From an uncultured Chloroflexia bacterium (lineage in GTDB: Bacteria; Chloroflexota; Limnocylindria; Limnocylindrales; CSP1-4), in the NCBI GenBank assembly GCA_963829105.1, contig CAWHHF010000022.1, forward strand, positions 721,685 through 785,684: DNA of 64,000 nucleotides, in the 5' to 3' direction. Numbering within the stretch: position 1 is the stretch's first letter; every line of letters begins with the position of its first letter. This document shows, in pieces, positions 28,094 through 36,023 of the stretch. Both the position numbers and the translations under genes were made by a program. The notes beneath the pieces are model-generated. The model did no database searches and had not been told where the DNA came from. It was given only the letters and a program-made list of their open reading frames with translations.

Positions 28094-28780
28094 TCAGGCG
28101 GGTGGCTGCAGGGCGACGACGACGATCGCGAGCCCCACGCCCACCAGGATCCCCACCATGGCCACGACCAGCCGGCGGGTGCCCGGCTGCTCGGGGAGCA
28201 CGGCTCGGGCCGCCACGGCGGCGGGCAGGGCCGCGGTGAGCGCCAGGCCCACGTACGCGGAGATGATCTTGTCCGGAACCGACGACGCGATGCTGGACAC
28301 CAGCGTCGCCCGCTCCAGCCCGAAGCTGGCGAGGGCGGCCGTGATCAGGTCCGACGGATGCCCGGTCGCCCCGCCGTACACGTACAGCACGATTGGCGTC
28401 GCCAGGACCCCGGTCACGACGCCGACGACCGCCGCCAGCGCGAAGAACAGCACGGCGTTGCGCCCCAGGCCCAGCGACCGTATGCCGTACCCCCACACGA
28501 GGGCGGCCGCCATGTTGACCGGCGCGAACAGGAGGTTCGAGACCCCGTTGGGCACGACGCCGACGGCGTTGGTGAGAAGGCCGGTGAGGGCGCCCCACCA
28601 GGGCCCGAGCAGAACGGCCGTCAGGAACGTGCCGATCGTGTCGAGGTAGATCGGCAGGCGCGTCAGCCCCGCCGCCCAGTTCGCCACGAAGTTGATCGCG
28701 ACCGCCAGCGGCACCAGCGCGATCACGAGCGTGGTGGGCGGCGGTCCGCTTCCGCGTGTCACCTGCGTTCCGACCGCCAT
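28094..28780 (-). CDS. ECF transporter substrate-capture (S) component, substrate unknown
   Basis: About 6 TM (LPIYLDTIGTFLTAVLLGPWWGALTGLLTNAVG). It sits directly upstream of A1-A2-T, a ykoEDC-like order. Confidence 0.7.
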   Translation of the reverse strand: MAVGTQVTRGSGPPPTTLVIALVPLAVAINFVANWAAGLTRLPIYLDTIGTFLTAVLLGPWWGALTGLLTNAVGVVPNGVSNLLFAPVNMAAALVWGYGIRSLGLGRNAVLFFALAAVVGVVTGVLATPIVLYVYGGATGHPSDLITAALASFGLERATLVSSIASSVPDKIISAYVGLALTAALPAAVAARAVLPEQPGTRRLVVAMVGILVGVGLAIVVVALQPPA

Positions 28781-28855
28781 CCCGCGTGTGCGCCTCCGTG
28801 TTCGACGATCGTCCGCCGTGCCGGGGTCACTGTACGGGACCGAAACCGCGACCGT

Positions 28856-29254
28856 TCAGCGGGCGCCCTCGGCCTCGATCTCGTCGGGTCGCAGCGGCCG
28901 GAAGCGGAGCGCGGACCATGTCTCGTCGACGGCCACCTGGGTGATCGGACGCAGCCCGTACGGCGCGAGCATCCGCCACAACGAGTCCCGGTTGATGTCC
29001 GCGCGGTTGCCCTTCGGGTAGACGACCCAGAAGACCGCCCGTGAGGCCAGGTCCCCGAGATGGGCATCGAGCATCGAGCGGATGGTCGCGGCATCGTCAG
29101 CCACCACGACCGCCACGCCGGCCTCGACCGGCGTGTCCACGAGGTCGGTTCCGGCCGGCATCGGTCCGAGCAGCGCGGCCCGGGCCGGATCCGATACCCA
29201 TACGGCGGCGCCCGGCTTGATCAGCAGCCTGGCGGCCGTCGTCCGCTCACCCAT
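28856..29254 (-). CDS. DUF3052-like protein
   Basis: VFWVVYPKGNRADINRDSLW..GLRPITQVAVDETWSALRFRPLR matches my recollection of the DUF3052 pattern. Confidence 0.65.
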   Translation of the reverse strand: MGERTTAARLLIKPGAAVWVSDPARAALLGPMPAGTDLVDTPVEAGVAVVVADDAATIRSMLDAHLGDLASRAVFWVVYPKGNRADINRDSLWRMLAPYGLRPITQVAVDETWSALRFRPLRPDEIEAEGAR

Positions 29255-29440
29255 CAGGGGGGATGGTACGGGTTCGCTGCGGCGGTCGCACCGAGCGCCG
29301 GCTCTCCGCCGACGATGCCTGCCTCGCCGCCTGGTACCGGTCGGTGCAGGACCTTCCGGTGGTGTCCGTTGCGGCCCCGCGCGGTCAGGATCTCCAGGCA
29401 GCCGTCTCCGTCAATCCTGCCCATCCGGGAGCCGTGCCAC

Positions 29441-32287
29441 TTGCGTCGCGCCCTCACCGCCGCCCTCGTTCTCCTTCTCATCGTCATCGCGATCCCGGCC
29501 ACGCCCGCCGCCGCGGCCTCCACCTCCGCCGTCAAGGTGGTCATCGTGGTCGGACCCGTGGGCGCGAGCACCGCCCACTACAAGGCCGACGCCGCGGCCG
29601 TCGCGACCGAGGCTCGCAGGTACACGTCCAACGTCGTCACGCTCTCCACCCCGAACGCGACGTGGTCGCGGGTCAAGGCGGCTGTCCAGGGCGCCTCGAT
29701 CCTCGTCTACCTGGGTCATGGCAACGGCTGGCCCAGCGTCTATCCGCCGTTCCAGACGCTGACCAAGGACGGCCTGGGGCTCGATCCGTCCTCGGGCGCC
29801 GACGGCACCAGGACCGTGTACTACGGCGAGAGCTACATCCAGGCCAACATCCGCCTGGCGCCGAACGCGGTCGTGATCCTCTACCACCTGTGCTACGCGT
29901 CGGGCAACACCGAGCCCGGCCTCGCAACCGGGACGTTCGCCGACGCCCGCCTGCGGGTGGACAACTATGGGGCCGGGTTCATCGGCGCCGGTGCCAGGGC
30001 CGTGTTCGCGGAGGGCCACCCCAGCCATCCGGCCACCGACTACATCCGCCAGCTGTTCACGACCGGACGGACGATGGACCAGGTGTTCCGCGCCGCGCCC
30101 AGCCACCACGACCACGTCCGGGGCCCGTATGACTCGCAGCGGACGCCCGGCCTGCGGTTCGAGATGGACCCGGACACGACGACGCCCTCCGGGTTCTACC
30201 GGTCGGTCGTGGGGGATCTCGGCCTCACTGCCAACGTGGTGACCGGGACGGTGCCGTCCTCGACCGGGACCTCGCCCGCCGACTTCGTGGTCCCGGGGGC
30301 GGCCGAGGTGACGAGCGCGACGGGCGGCGCGCGCTTCGCCACCGCCGAAGCCGCCGCCGACCCCGACGCGGTCCCCGCCTCCACCCTGGCCAAGGGCACG
30401 CGCCTGCGGCTCACGGCCGAGGCCGCTCCGATGGCAGGCGGCACGCGGATCTTCCGCGTCGCCGTCATCGGCGGAACCGCGACCGGCTTCGTCCGGGCCG
30501 CCGCGCTTGCGCCGCGGGACAGCACCGGTCCCGCCGCCTGGACCCTCGATCAGGCACCGCTGCTCTCGCCCAACGCCGACGGTGTCAACGACGCCATGGT
30601 CGTGGCCGCACGCGTGTCCGAGGTGGCGGCCGTGAGCCTGGTCGTCAGGAACGCCGCCGGGACCACCGTCCGGTCCGTATCGCTCAGCGGGGACATCGTC
30701 CGCTTCACGTGGGACCTGCGCACGAGCGCGGGCTCCCTGGTCCCGGACGGGGAGTACCGGTGGACGCTCCGCGCCAGCGACAGCTGGGGCAACGCCACGG
30801 CCACCCGGACCGGGGTGTTCACCGTGGATCACACGTCGCCCGTCACCAAGGCCTCGACCGCCTCGACTGCCGGCCAGGGCGGCTGGAAGGTGACACCTGT
30901 GACGGTCACCCTGTCCGCCACGGACGCCGTCTCGGGTGTCCGATCGATCAGCTGGCGCGTCAACGGTGGCACCGCCCACACGTATGCGGGGCCGTTCGTC
31001 GTCGCGACCAACGGGAGCCCCCGCGTCGAGTACCGCGCCACCGACCGGGCCGGCGTCCGGGAGGCGTGGCACGCGGTGACGCTGAAGATCGACACCGTCC
31101 CGCCCGCCATCACCATCCCGCTCAAGGGGACCGCCGGCGCCGCGGCCGGAACATGGCGCGGCCCGGTCTCGATGGCTCCGACGGTCTCCGATGCCTCGTC
31201 CGGGGTCGCGGCGAAGACGATCAGCGTGGACGGCGCGCCCGCCGTCGCGGTCGGCAAGACGCCGGTCGTCGTCAAGGGCGACGGGCCCCACGCCGTCACG
31301 GTCGCCGCCCGAGATGCGGCCGGCAACACGCGTACCGCGACGGTCGACTTCATCATCGACACCGTGGCACCCGTGCTGGCGCTGCCGCCGGTCGACGGCG
31401 CCGGTCCCGCCATCGCGACCGTGACCCCCAACGGCGACGGGAGCGGGGAGACGGTCGCGATCCCCTACTCCGTCAGCGAGGCCGCGACGGTCACTGCCGT
31501 GGTCAGCGACGCCGCCGGCACCGCCGTGCGAAGGATCGCCGGTGTGGTCCAACCGGGCGCCCGCCAGGTCACCTGGGACGGCCGCACCGCCGCCGGGGTC
31601 GCCGTCCCGGATGGCCGCTACACGGTGACGCTGACGGCCGTCGACCCGGCCGGAAACGCCGGCCTCCCCGTCTCGACCAAGGTGGACGTCTACGCGGCGC
31701 TGGCGAGAGTCACCCGTACCCCGTCGCTCTTCTTCCCGCAGGACGGCGACCGGCTCGCCACGAAGTCGACTGTCTCGTTCCGGCTGCTGACACCGGCGAC
31801 GGTGTCGCTCGACATCGTGGATGCGTCCGGGGCGGTGGTCCGCAGCGCCTGGACGGACCGCGCGCTTCCCGCGGGGGCGGTGTCCTGGGCCTGGAACGGC
31901 AAGCTCGCGGACGGCGCCTGGGCCCGCCGCGGCACGTACCGGTTCGTCGTTCGGGCCACGAACGGGAACCAGGTGGCCGTCGCCTCCGTCGCCGTCCTCG
32001 CCGATGCGTTCCGGGTCGTGGCATCCACGGCCTCCCCGCTCCGCGGATCGTCCTTCACGATCACGGCGGTCACCGCGGAGCGCCTGTCCACGACGCCCAG
32101 GGTCACCGTCCGCCAGCCTGGCCGCGCGGCGTGGAAGGTCGCCATGACCAAGGTCTCGTCCAACACGTGGAAGGCGACGATCCGCCCGAAGACGGGGGGA
32201 TCGGCCGGGACGATGTCGCTGACGGTCGGGGCGAAGGACATCAACGGCGGCTCGAACGCGACCGTGATCCGGCTCCCACTGCGCTAG
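29441..32287 (+). CDS. Large secreted multi-domain protein: clostripain-like His/Cys domain plus Ig-like and FlgD-Ig-like repeats
   Basis: The only in-frame start before the signal peptide is TTG 29441 (MRRALTAALVLLLIVIAIPATPAAAAS). Has ILVYLGHGNGW (His93) and VILYHLCYASGN (Cys151). At least 3 FlgD-Ig-like modules (PNADGVND..FTWDLRTSAGSLVPDGEYRW; TPNGDGSGE..VTWDGRTAAGVAVPDGRYTV; FFPQDGD..WAWNGKLADGAWARRGTYRF) and further Ig-like modules. Confidence 0.8.
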   Translation: MRRALTAALVLLLIVIAIPATPAAAASTSAVKVVIVVGPVGASTAHYKADAAAVATEARRYTSNVVTLSTPNATWSRVKAAVQGASILVYLGHGNGWPSVYPPFQTLTKDGLGLDPSSGADGTRTVYYGESYIQANIRLAPNAVVILYHLCYASGNTEPGLATGTFADARLRVDNYGAGFIGAGARAVFAEGHPSHPATDYIRQLFTTGRTMDQVFRAAPSHHDHVRGPYDSQRTPGLRFEMDPDTTTPSGFYRSVVGDLGLTANVVTGTVPSSTGTSPADFVVPGAAEVTSATGGARFATAEAAADPDAVPASTLAKGTRLRLTAEAAPMAGGTRIFRVAVIGGTATGFVRAAALAPRDSTGPAAWTLDQAPLLSPNADGVNDAMVVAARVSEVAAVSLVVRNAAGTTVRSVSLSGDIVRFTWDLRTSAGSLVPDGEYRWTLRASDSWGNATATRTGVFTVDHTSPVTKASTASTAGQGGWKVTPVTVTLSATDAVSGVRSISWRVNGGTAHTYAGPFVVATNGSPRVEYRATDRAGVREAWHAVTLKIDTVPPAITIPLKGTAGAAAGTWRGPVSMAPTVSDASSGVAAKTISVDGAPAVAVGKTPVVVKGDGPHAVTVAARDAAGNTRTATVDFIIDTVAPVLALPPVDGAGPAIATVTPNGDGSGETVAIPYSVSEAATVTAVVSDAAGTAVRRIAGVVQPGARQVTWDGRTAAGVAVPDGRYTVTLTAVDPAGNAGLPVSTKVDVYAALARVTRTPSLFFPQDGDRLATKSTVSFRLLTPATVSLDIVDASGAVVRSAWTDRALPAGAVSWAWNGKLADGAWARRGTYRFVVRATNGNQVAVASVAVLADAFRVVASTASPLRGSSFTITAVTAERLSTTPRVTVRQPGRAAWKVAMTKVSSNTWKATIRPKTGGSAGTMSLTVGAKDINGGSNATVIRLPLR

Positions 32288-32863
32288 CTTCCGGGCGGGC
32301 GACAGATGTCACGGGCGGTGCGGTCACGGGCCGCGCTGGCCGGGGTTGCGCCCCTGGTGGATAATACGGGTCTCTCGTCCTCCCCCCGCGGAGGGCGTCC
32401 CGGGAGGTAGCCGGTGATGGCGATGCGAACGGCCAGTTGGCCGGGCTCGCGACGGCGCAGGACCCAGTCGCGCCGGTTGACGGCGAGCGAAGACGCATCG
32501 CGCGGTTCCTTGAATCCGGTGACGCGTCCCCGTGCGGGCAACCTCTCGGACGAAACCCGAGCCGGCAGATCCCGGCGGTCGGGGACGTGAGCCCGGCCGC
32601 CGATGACGCCCGCGGGGCCGGTCGTTCGCCCGGCCCCCGTACGTTGTGGTAAATGCTGGGCCGTCGTCCGAGGGGACGGCGGCCCTTCCGTCTTCGCCGC
32701 TCCCATCGGGGCACGGTTCGGGGCAGGTCGGGGCATGGGCTCAGGGCCCGGTCGCCTCCGGGGCTAGACTCCGCGATGAGTGTCACCCTTGTCAGAGGTC
32801 AGGCGCCTGGCTCATGGACTCGCCGGCCGCCGATGGGTGTGGCCGCCCGACGTAGGAGCATCC

Positions 32864-33754
32864 ATGACGAGGGGGCACGATCCCCGTGGCGAGACCCACG
32901 ATTCTCACGATGACACGTCGGACGTCCGCCCGGCCACAGCCGCGGAAATGACGGACGTCCGCGGCATGCACGCCTCCAACCGGCTCGCCTGGGACCAGGC
33001 CGCAGAGCGGTACGAGGGCTGGCTCGAGGAGTCGATCGCCGAGGTCCGCGCCGGTGGCTCGAGCCTCTTCCCGCTGGAGGAGGCGCTGATCGGCGATCTC
33101 CGGGGACACTGCCGCCGGGCGATCCACCTCCAGTGCGCCGGTGGGCGCGACAGCCTGTCGCTCTGGAACCTCGGGGCGTCCGAGGTCGTGGGGATCGACT
33201 TCAGCCCGCGGATGCTCGATCTCGCCCGCGCCCTGACAGCGGCGACGGGTGCGCCGGCGAGCTGGGTGGAGGCGGACGTGATGGACGTGCCGCACGACCT
33301 CGACGGGACCGCGGACCTGCTCTACACGGGTCGCGGGTCGCTCATGTGGCTCCAGGACCTCGACGCCTGGGCAGCGGTGCTGCGGCGCCTTCTCGCCCCC
33401 GAGGGTCGCCTCGTGATGTTCGAGGGTCATCCCGCGGAGTGGCTGTTCGATGCCGACGAGGACGGGCACTGGATCCTTACCGGGTACGACTACTTCGCCG
33501 GGCCGGAGGCGTCGCGCGGGTGGGCGCCGGCTTACATCGACCGCCTCTCGATCCCCGACGGCGACCAGCACTGGAAGTTCGCGCGGGCGTGGACGATGGG
33601 CGAGGTCGTCACCGCCCTGGCACGGTCCGGCCTGCGCCTCGAGGAGGTCGCCGAGTATCCGGTGGACTGGTGGGCGGGCCACCGGGACGTGCGCCCCGAG
33701 GAGCGCGGCCGGCTGCCACTCTCCTTCTCGGTCATCGCGACGCGCGGCGACTGA
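32864..33754 (+). CDS. Class I SAM-dependent methyltransferase
   Basis: ATG follows AGGAGC. Motif I region IHLQCAGGRDSLSLWNLGA.EVVGIDFSPRML, post-I VEADVMDV, and LLAPEGRLVMFEGHP. Confidence 0.8.
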   Translation: MTRGHDPRGETHDSHDDTSDVRPATAAEMTDVRGMHASNRLAWDQAAERYEGWLEESIAEVRAGGSSLFPLEEALIGDLRGHCRRAIHLQCAGGRDSLSLWNLGASEVVGIDFSPRMLDLARALTAATGAPASWVEADVMDVPHDLDGTADLLYTGRGSLMWLQDLDAWAAVLRRLLAPEGRLVMFEGHPAEWLFDADEDGHWILTGYDYFAGPEASRGWAPAYIDRLSIPDGDQHWKFARAWTMGEVVTALARSGLRLEEVAEYPVDWWAGHRDVRPEERGRLPLSFSVIATRGD

Positions 33755-34043
33755 CCCGCCCGCGGCGCGGGGTCCGCCGGTCCTTCGCTCGCGTCCGACT
33801 CCCGGCCGGCGGGACCGACCCGGTGCGGCCTGGTTCCTGGGTGATGGTCATCAACGATGCCGCGGCGAACGCCGATGAGGGTCCTGGGCGAACGCGTTCA
33901 TGAGCGGTGGTCCGGTTCCGGACCAGGCGGGCGCCAAACCACCGACCGGTGGTCATGGCGCTGTCCGGCAGAGGACTCGAGGGCACATTTCGGGTGCCGG
34001 TTCGGCGCTTGACGATGCGACTGCTGCGGGCAACGATCGCGGC

Positions 34044-34268
34044 ATGCACGAGGACCGCCAGTCCCCGGATGCCGAGGAGTTGCTCGAGGTGCTCGAGCCG
34101 CTCGATCCGCGCGAGGCCGCCCGGGTGCGCCGCCGCGACCACGACCTCGATGCCGCCGCGCGCGACCTCATGCGCCCGGGCATGGGCAAGGTCTTCAAGC
34201 AGATCCTGGACCACCAGGCAGGCGAGGTCGCCGAACCGCGGCAGAAGCGGCATCGTCACCGGATCTGA
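34044..34268 (+). CDS. Small charged hypothetical protein (74 aa)
   Basis: Very high third-position GC from ATG 34044. Sequence MHEDRQSPDAEELLEVLEPLDPREAARV..GKVFKQILDHQAGEV. No family recognised. Confidence 0.5.
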   Translation: MHEDRQSPDAEELLEVLEPLDPREAARVRRRDHDLDAAARDLMRPGMGKVFKQILDHQAGEVAEPRQKRHRHRI

Positions 34269-34321
34269 TCGCGCCACCGGGGCAGCTCGGGCGGCATGGC
34301 ACCTCTGGTAGCGTCCACGAC

Positions 34322-35542
34322 GTGCACGTTCGAGAGCCCGCCCCGTCCTATCGCGCCCTGTTCGCGATCCCGACCCTCGGCCGGATCCTCCTCGGCATGG
34401 CGCTCAGCCGCATCGGCGGCAGCATGCTGGGCGTCACGATCGTCCTGTTCACGCTCCAGGAATTCCAGTCGCCGGCGTTGGCCGGCCTCGTCACGTTCGC
34501 CAGCGTTGCTCCCGGCCTGTTCGTCAGCCCGATCGTGGGCGCCCTGCTCGACCGCCACGGGCGCGCCCGGCTGATCATCCTCGACCAGCTCGTCGGCGCC
34601 AGCGCGCTCACCCTGATCGCGGTGATGGCGCTCACGGACACCCTGACGCCACCGGTGCTCGTGCTGGTCACGGGCATCGCGGGACTCACCGCTCCCCTGA
34701 GCTCCGTGGGCCTCCGGACCCTGTTCCCGCTGATCGTCCCCAAGCGCCTCTGGGAGCGCGTCAACGCCCTGGACTCCAACGGGTACGTCGTCGCCACGCT
34801 CGTCGGCCCGCCGGCCGCCGGGCTGCTCGTCCAGGTGGTGGGCGGACCGCAGACGCTGATGGTGATCGCCCTGCTCTTCGTGATCTCGGCGATCGTGTTC
34901 GTGGGCATCGCCGATCCGGTCACGGTGACGGCGTCCACCGGGAGGCTGCTCGTGGATGCGTGGCAAGGCCTGCAGTACACGCTCCGCAACCCCACCCTGC
35001 GCGCGCTGGGGCTCTCGCTGACGATCATCAACCTCGGCTGGGGCATCGTCACGATCGTGATCCCGGTCCTGGTCCTGCGCGACATGGGGCTCGGCGCGAT
35101 CGTCGTCGGCGTGGTGTTCGCCGTGTCGGGCGTCACCGGGGGGATCGGTGCCCTCGTCGCCGGCCGCTGGCAGACCCAGGGTCGGGAGCGGTCGATGCTG
35201 GTCTGGCCGATGGCGGGCATGGCGGTCACCGCCGCCGCCCTGCTCGCCTCCCCGACCCTGCCCGTCCTGGTCGCCGTGATGGCGATCCAGGGGCTCCTGA
35301 ACGGGCCGATGGACATCGCGCTGTTCACGCTGCGACAGCGGCGGACGGATCCCGCCTGGATGGGCCGGGCGTTCGCGATCTCGATGGCGATGAACTTCAT
35401 GGGCTACCCGTTCGGCGCAGCCATCGGCGGGGCGCTCGTCGGCATCGGGACGGACGTGGCGATCGCCGTCGCCGTCGTGTTCACCGCGCTGGGCGCGATC
35501 GTCGCCTGGCTGCTCCTGCCCCGGATCGCGCCGGCGACCTGA
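34322..35542 (+). CDS. MFS transporter
   Basis: 12-TM layout with the loop 2-3 motif GALLDRHGRARLI. Confidence 0.85.
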   Translation: MHVREPAPSYRALFAIPTLGRILLGMALSRIGGSMLGVTIVLFTLQEFQSPALAGLVTFASVAPGLFVSPIVGALLDRHGRARLIILDQLVGASALTLIAVMALTDTLTPPVLVLVTGIAGLTAPLSSVGLRTLFPLIVPKRLWERVNALDSNGYVVATLVGPPAAGLLVQVVGGPQTLMVIALLFVISAIVFVGIADPVTVTASTGRLLVDAWQGLQYTLRNPTLRALGLSLTIINLGWGIVTIVIPVLVLRDMGLGAIVVGVVFAVSGVTGGIGALVAGRWQTQGRERSMLVWPMAGMAVTAAALLASPTLPVLVAVMAIQGLLNGPMDIALFTLRQRRTDPAWMGRAFAISMAMNFMGYPFGAAIGGALVGIGTDVAIAVAVVFTALGAIVAWLLLPRIAPAT

Positions 35543-35550
35543 GACCCTCG

Positions 35551-35620
35551 GCGGGCCCGGAGCCCGGTCAGCGGGCCCGGAGCCCGGTCGGTGCGCCCGG
35601 AGCCCGGTCGGTGCGCCCGG
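35551..35620. repeat. About 3.4 copies of a 20-22-bp tandem repeat (gcgggcccggagcccggtcggt) between convergent genes
   Basis: Read directly from the sequence. Confidence 0.9.
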
Positions 35621-35650
35621 ACGATCCTGCAGCGTGCCGCGGGATGTGCG

Positions 35651-35992
35651 TCAGCGGGGCACGATCCCCGCGAACGTGCCGTCGCCGTCGCGGAGCATGC
35701 GCCGGACCTCGAGCACGCAGGCCGGATCGACCGTTCCGTACACGTGCGGGTATCGCTGCTCGGCGTCGTCGAAGCGCCATGGGCTCCCGGTCCGGTCCAG
35801 GTCGAGCGTGAGCACCAGGAACTCACCGGGTTCACCGCGGTAGAAGCGGTTCGCGACCGCGATCATCTCGGCGTCGCCGTCCGTGCAGTGGACGAACCCG
35901 TCACCCGGGTAAGCGGCCGGCAGAAACGGCGACGCCCGGTCGTGCGCCACCCAGATCGCCTCCGGGACCAGGTGCAGGCTCGGCCGGGTCAT
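35651..35992 (-). CDS. DUF952 domain protein
   Basis: 113 aa. DGFVHCTDGDAEMIAVANRFY..FLVLTLD..RYPHVYG is the DUF952 pattern. Confidence 0.75.
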   Translation of the reverse strand: MTRPSLHLVPEAIWVAHDRASPFLPAAYPGDGFVHCTDGDAEMIAVANRFYRGEPGEFLVLTLDLDRTGSPWRFDDAEQRYPHVYGTVDPACVLEVRRMLRDGDGTFAGIVPR

Positions 35993-36023
35993 CCGGTCCG
36001 TCCCGGCCGGCCGGTCAACCGGA

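Noticed and set aside
28781-29440. Possible riboswitch upstream of the ECF S-component or DUF3052 genes (TPP-like CTGGAGATCCTGACC)
   Set aside because: The 75-nt S-component leader is too short. The 29255-29440 region lacks the conserved TPP elements beyond a chance-level fragment.
32288-32863. Tested by eye for RNase P RNA, tmRNA, SRP RNA, and cobalamin, SAM, TPP and c-di-AMP (ydaO) riboswitches
   Set aside because: The diagnostic cores were not found on either strand. These include GAGGAAAGTCCGG, GGUUCGAUUCC..CCA, the B12 box, CUGAGA..CCUGAUC, and ordered ydaO half-sites. Only loose fragments such as GAATCC and ACCCGAGCCG were present, so no specific RNA family is claimed.
33755-34043. About 290-bp gap after the methyltransferase, checked for a tRNA, sRNA or minus-strand gene (ORF 33732-34277)
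   Set aside because: There is no tRNA-like T-arm or acceptor pattern. The minus-strand ORF is Arg-rich and overlaps the well-biased small plus-strand CDS at 34044. Only a TTGACG box at about 34009 was noted.
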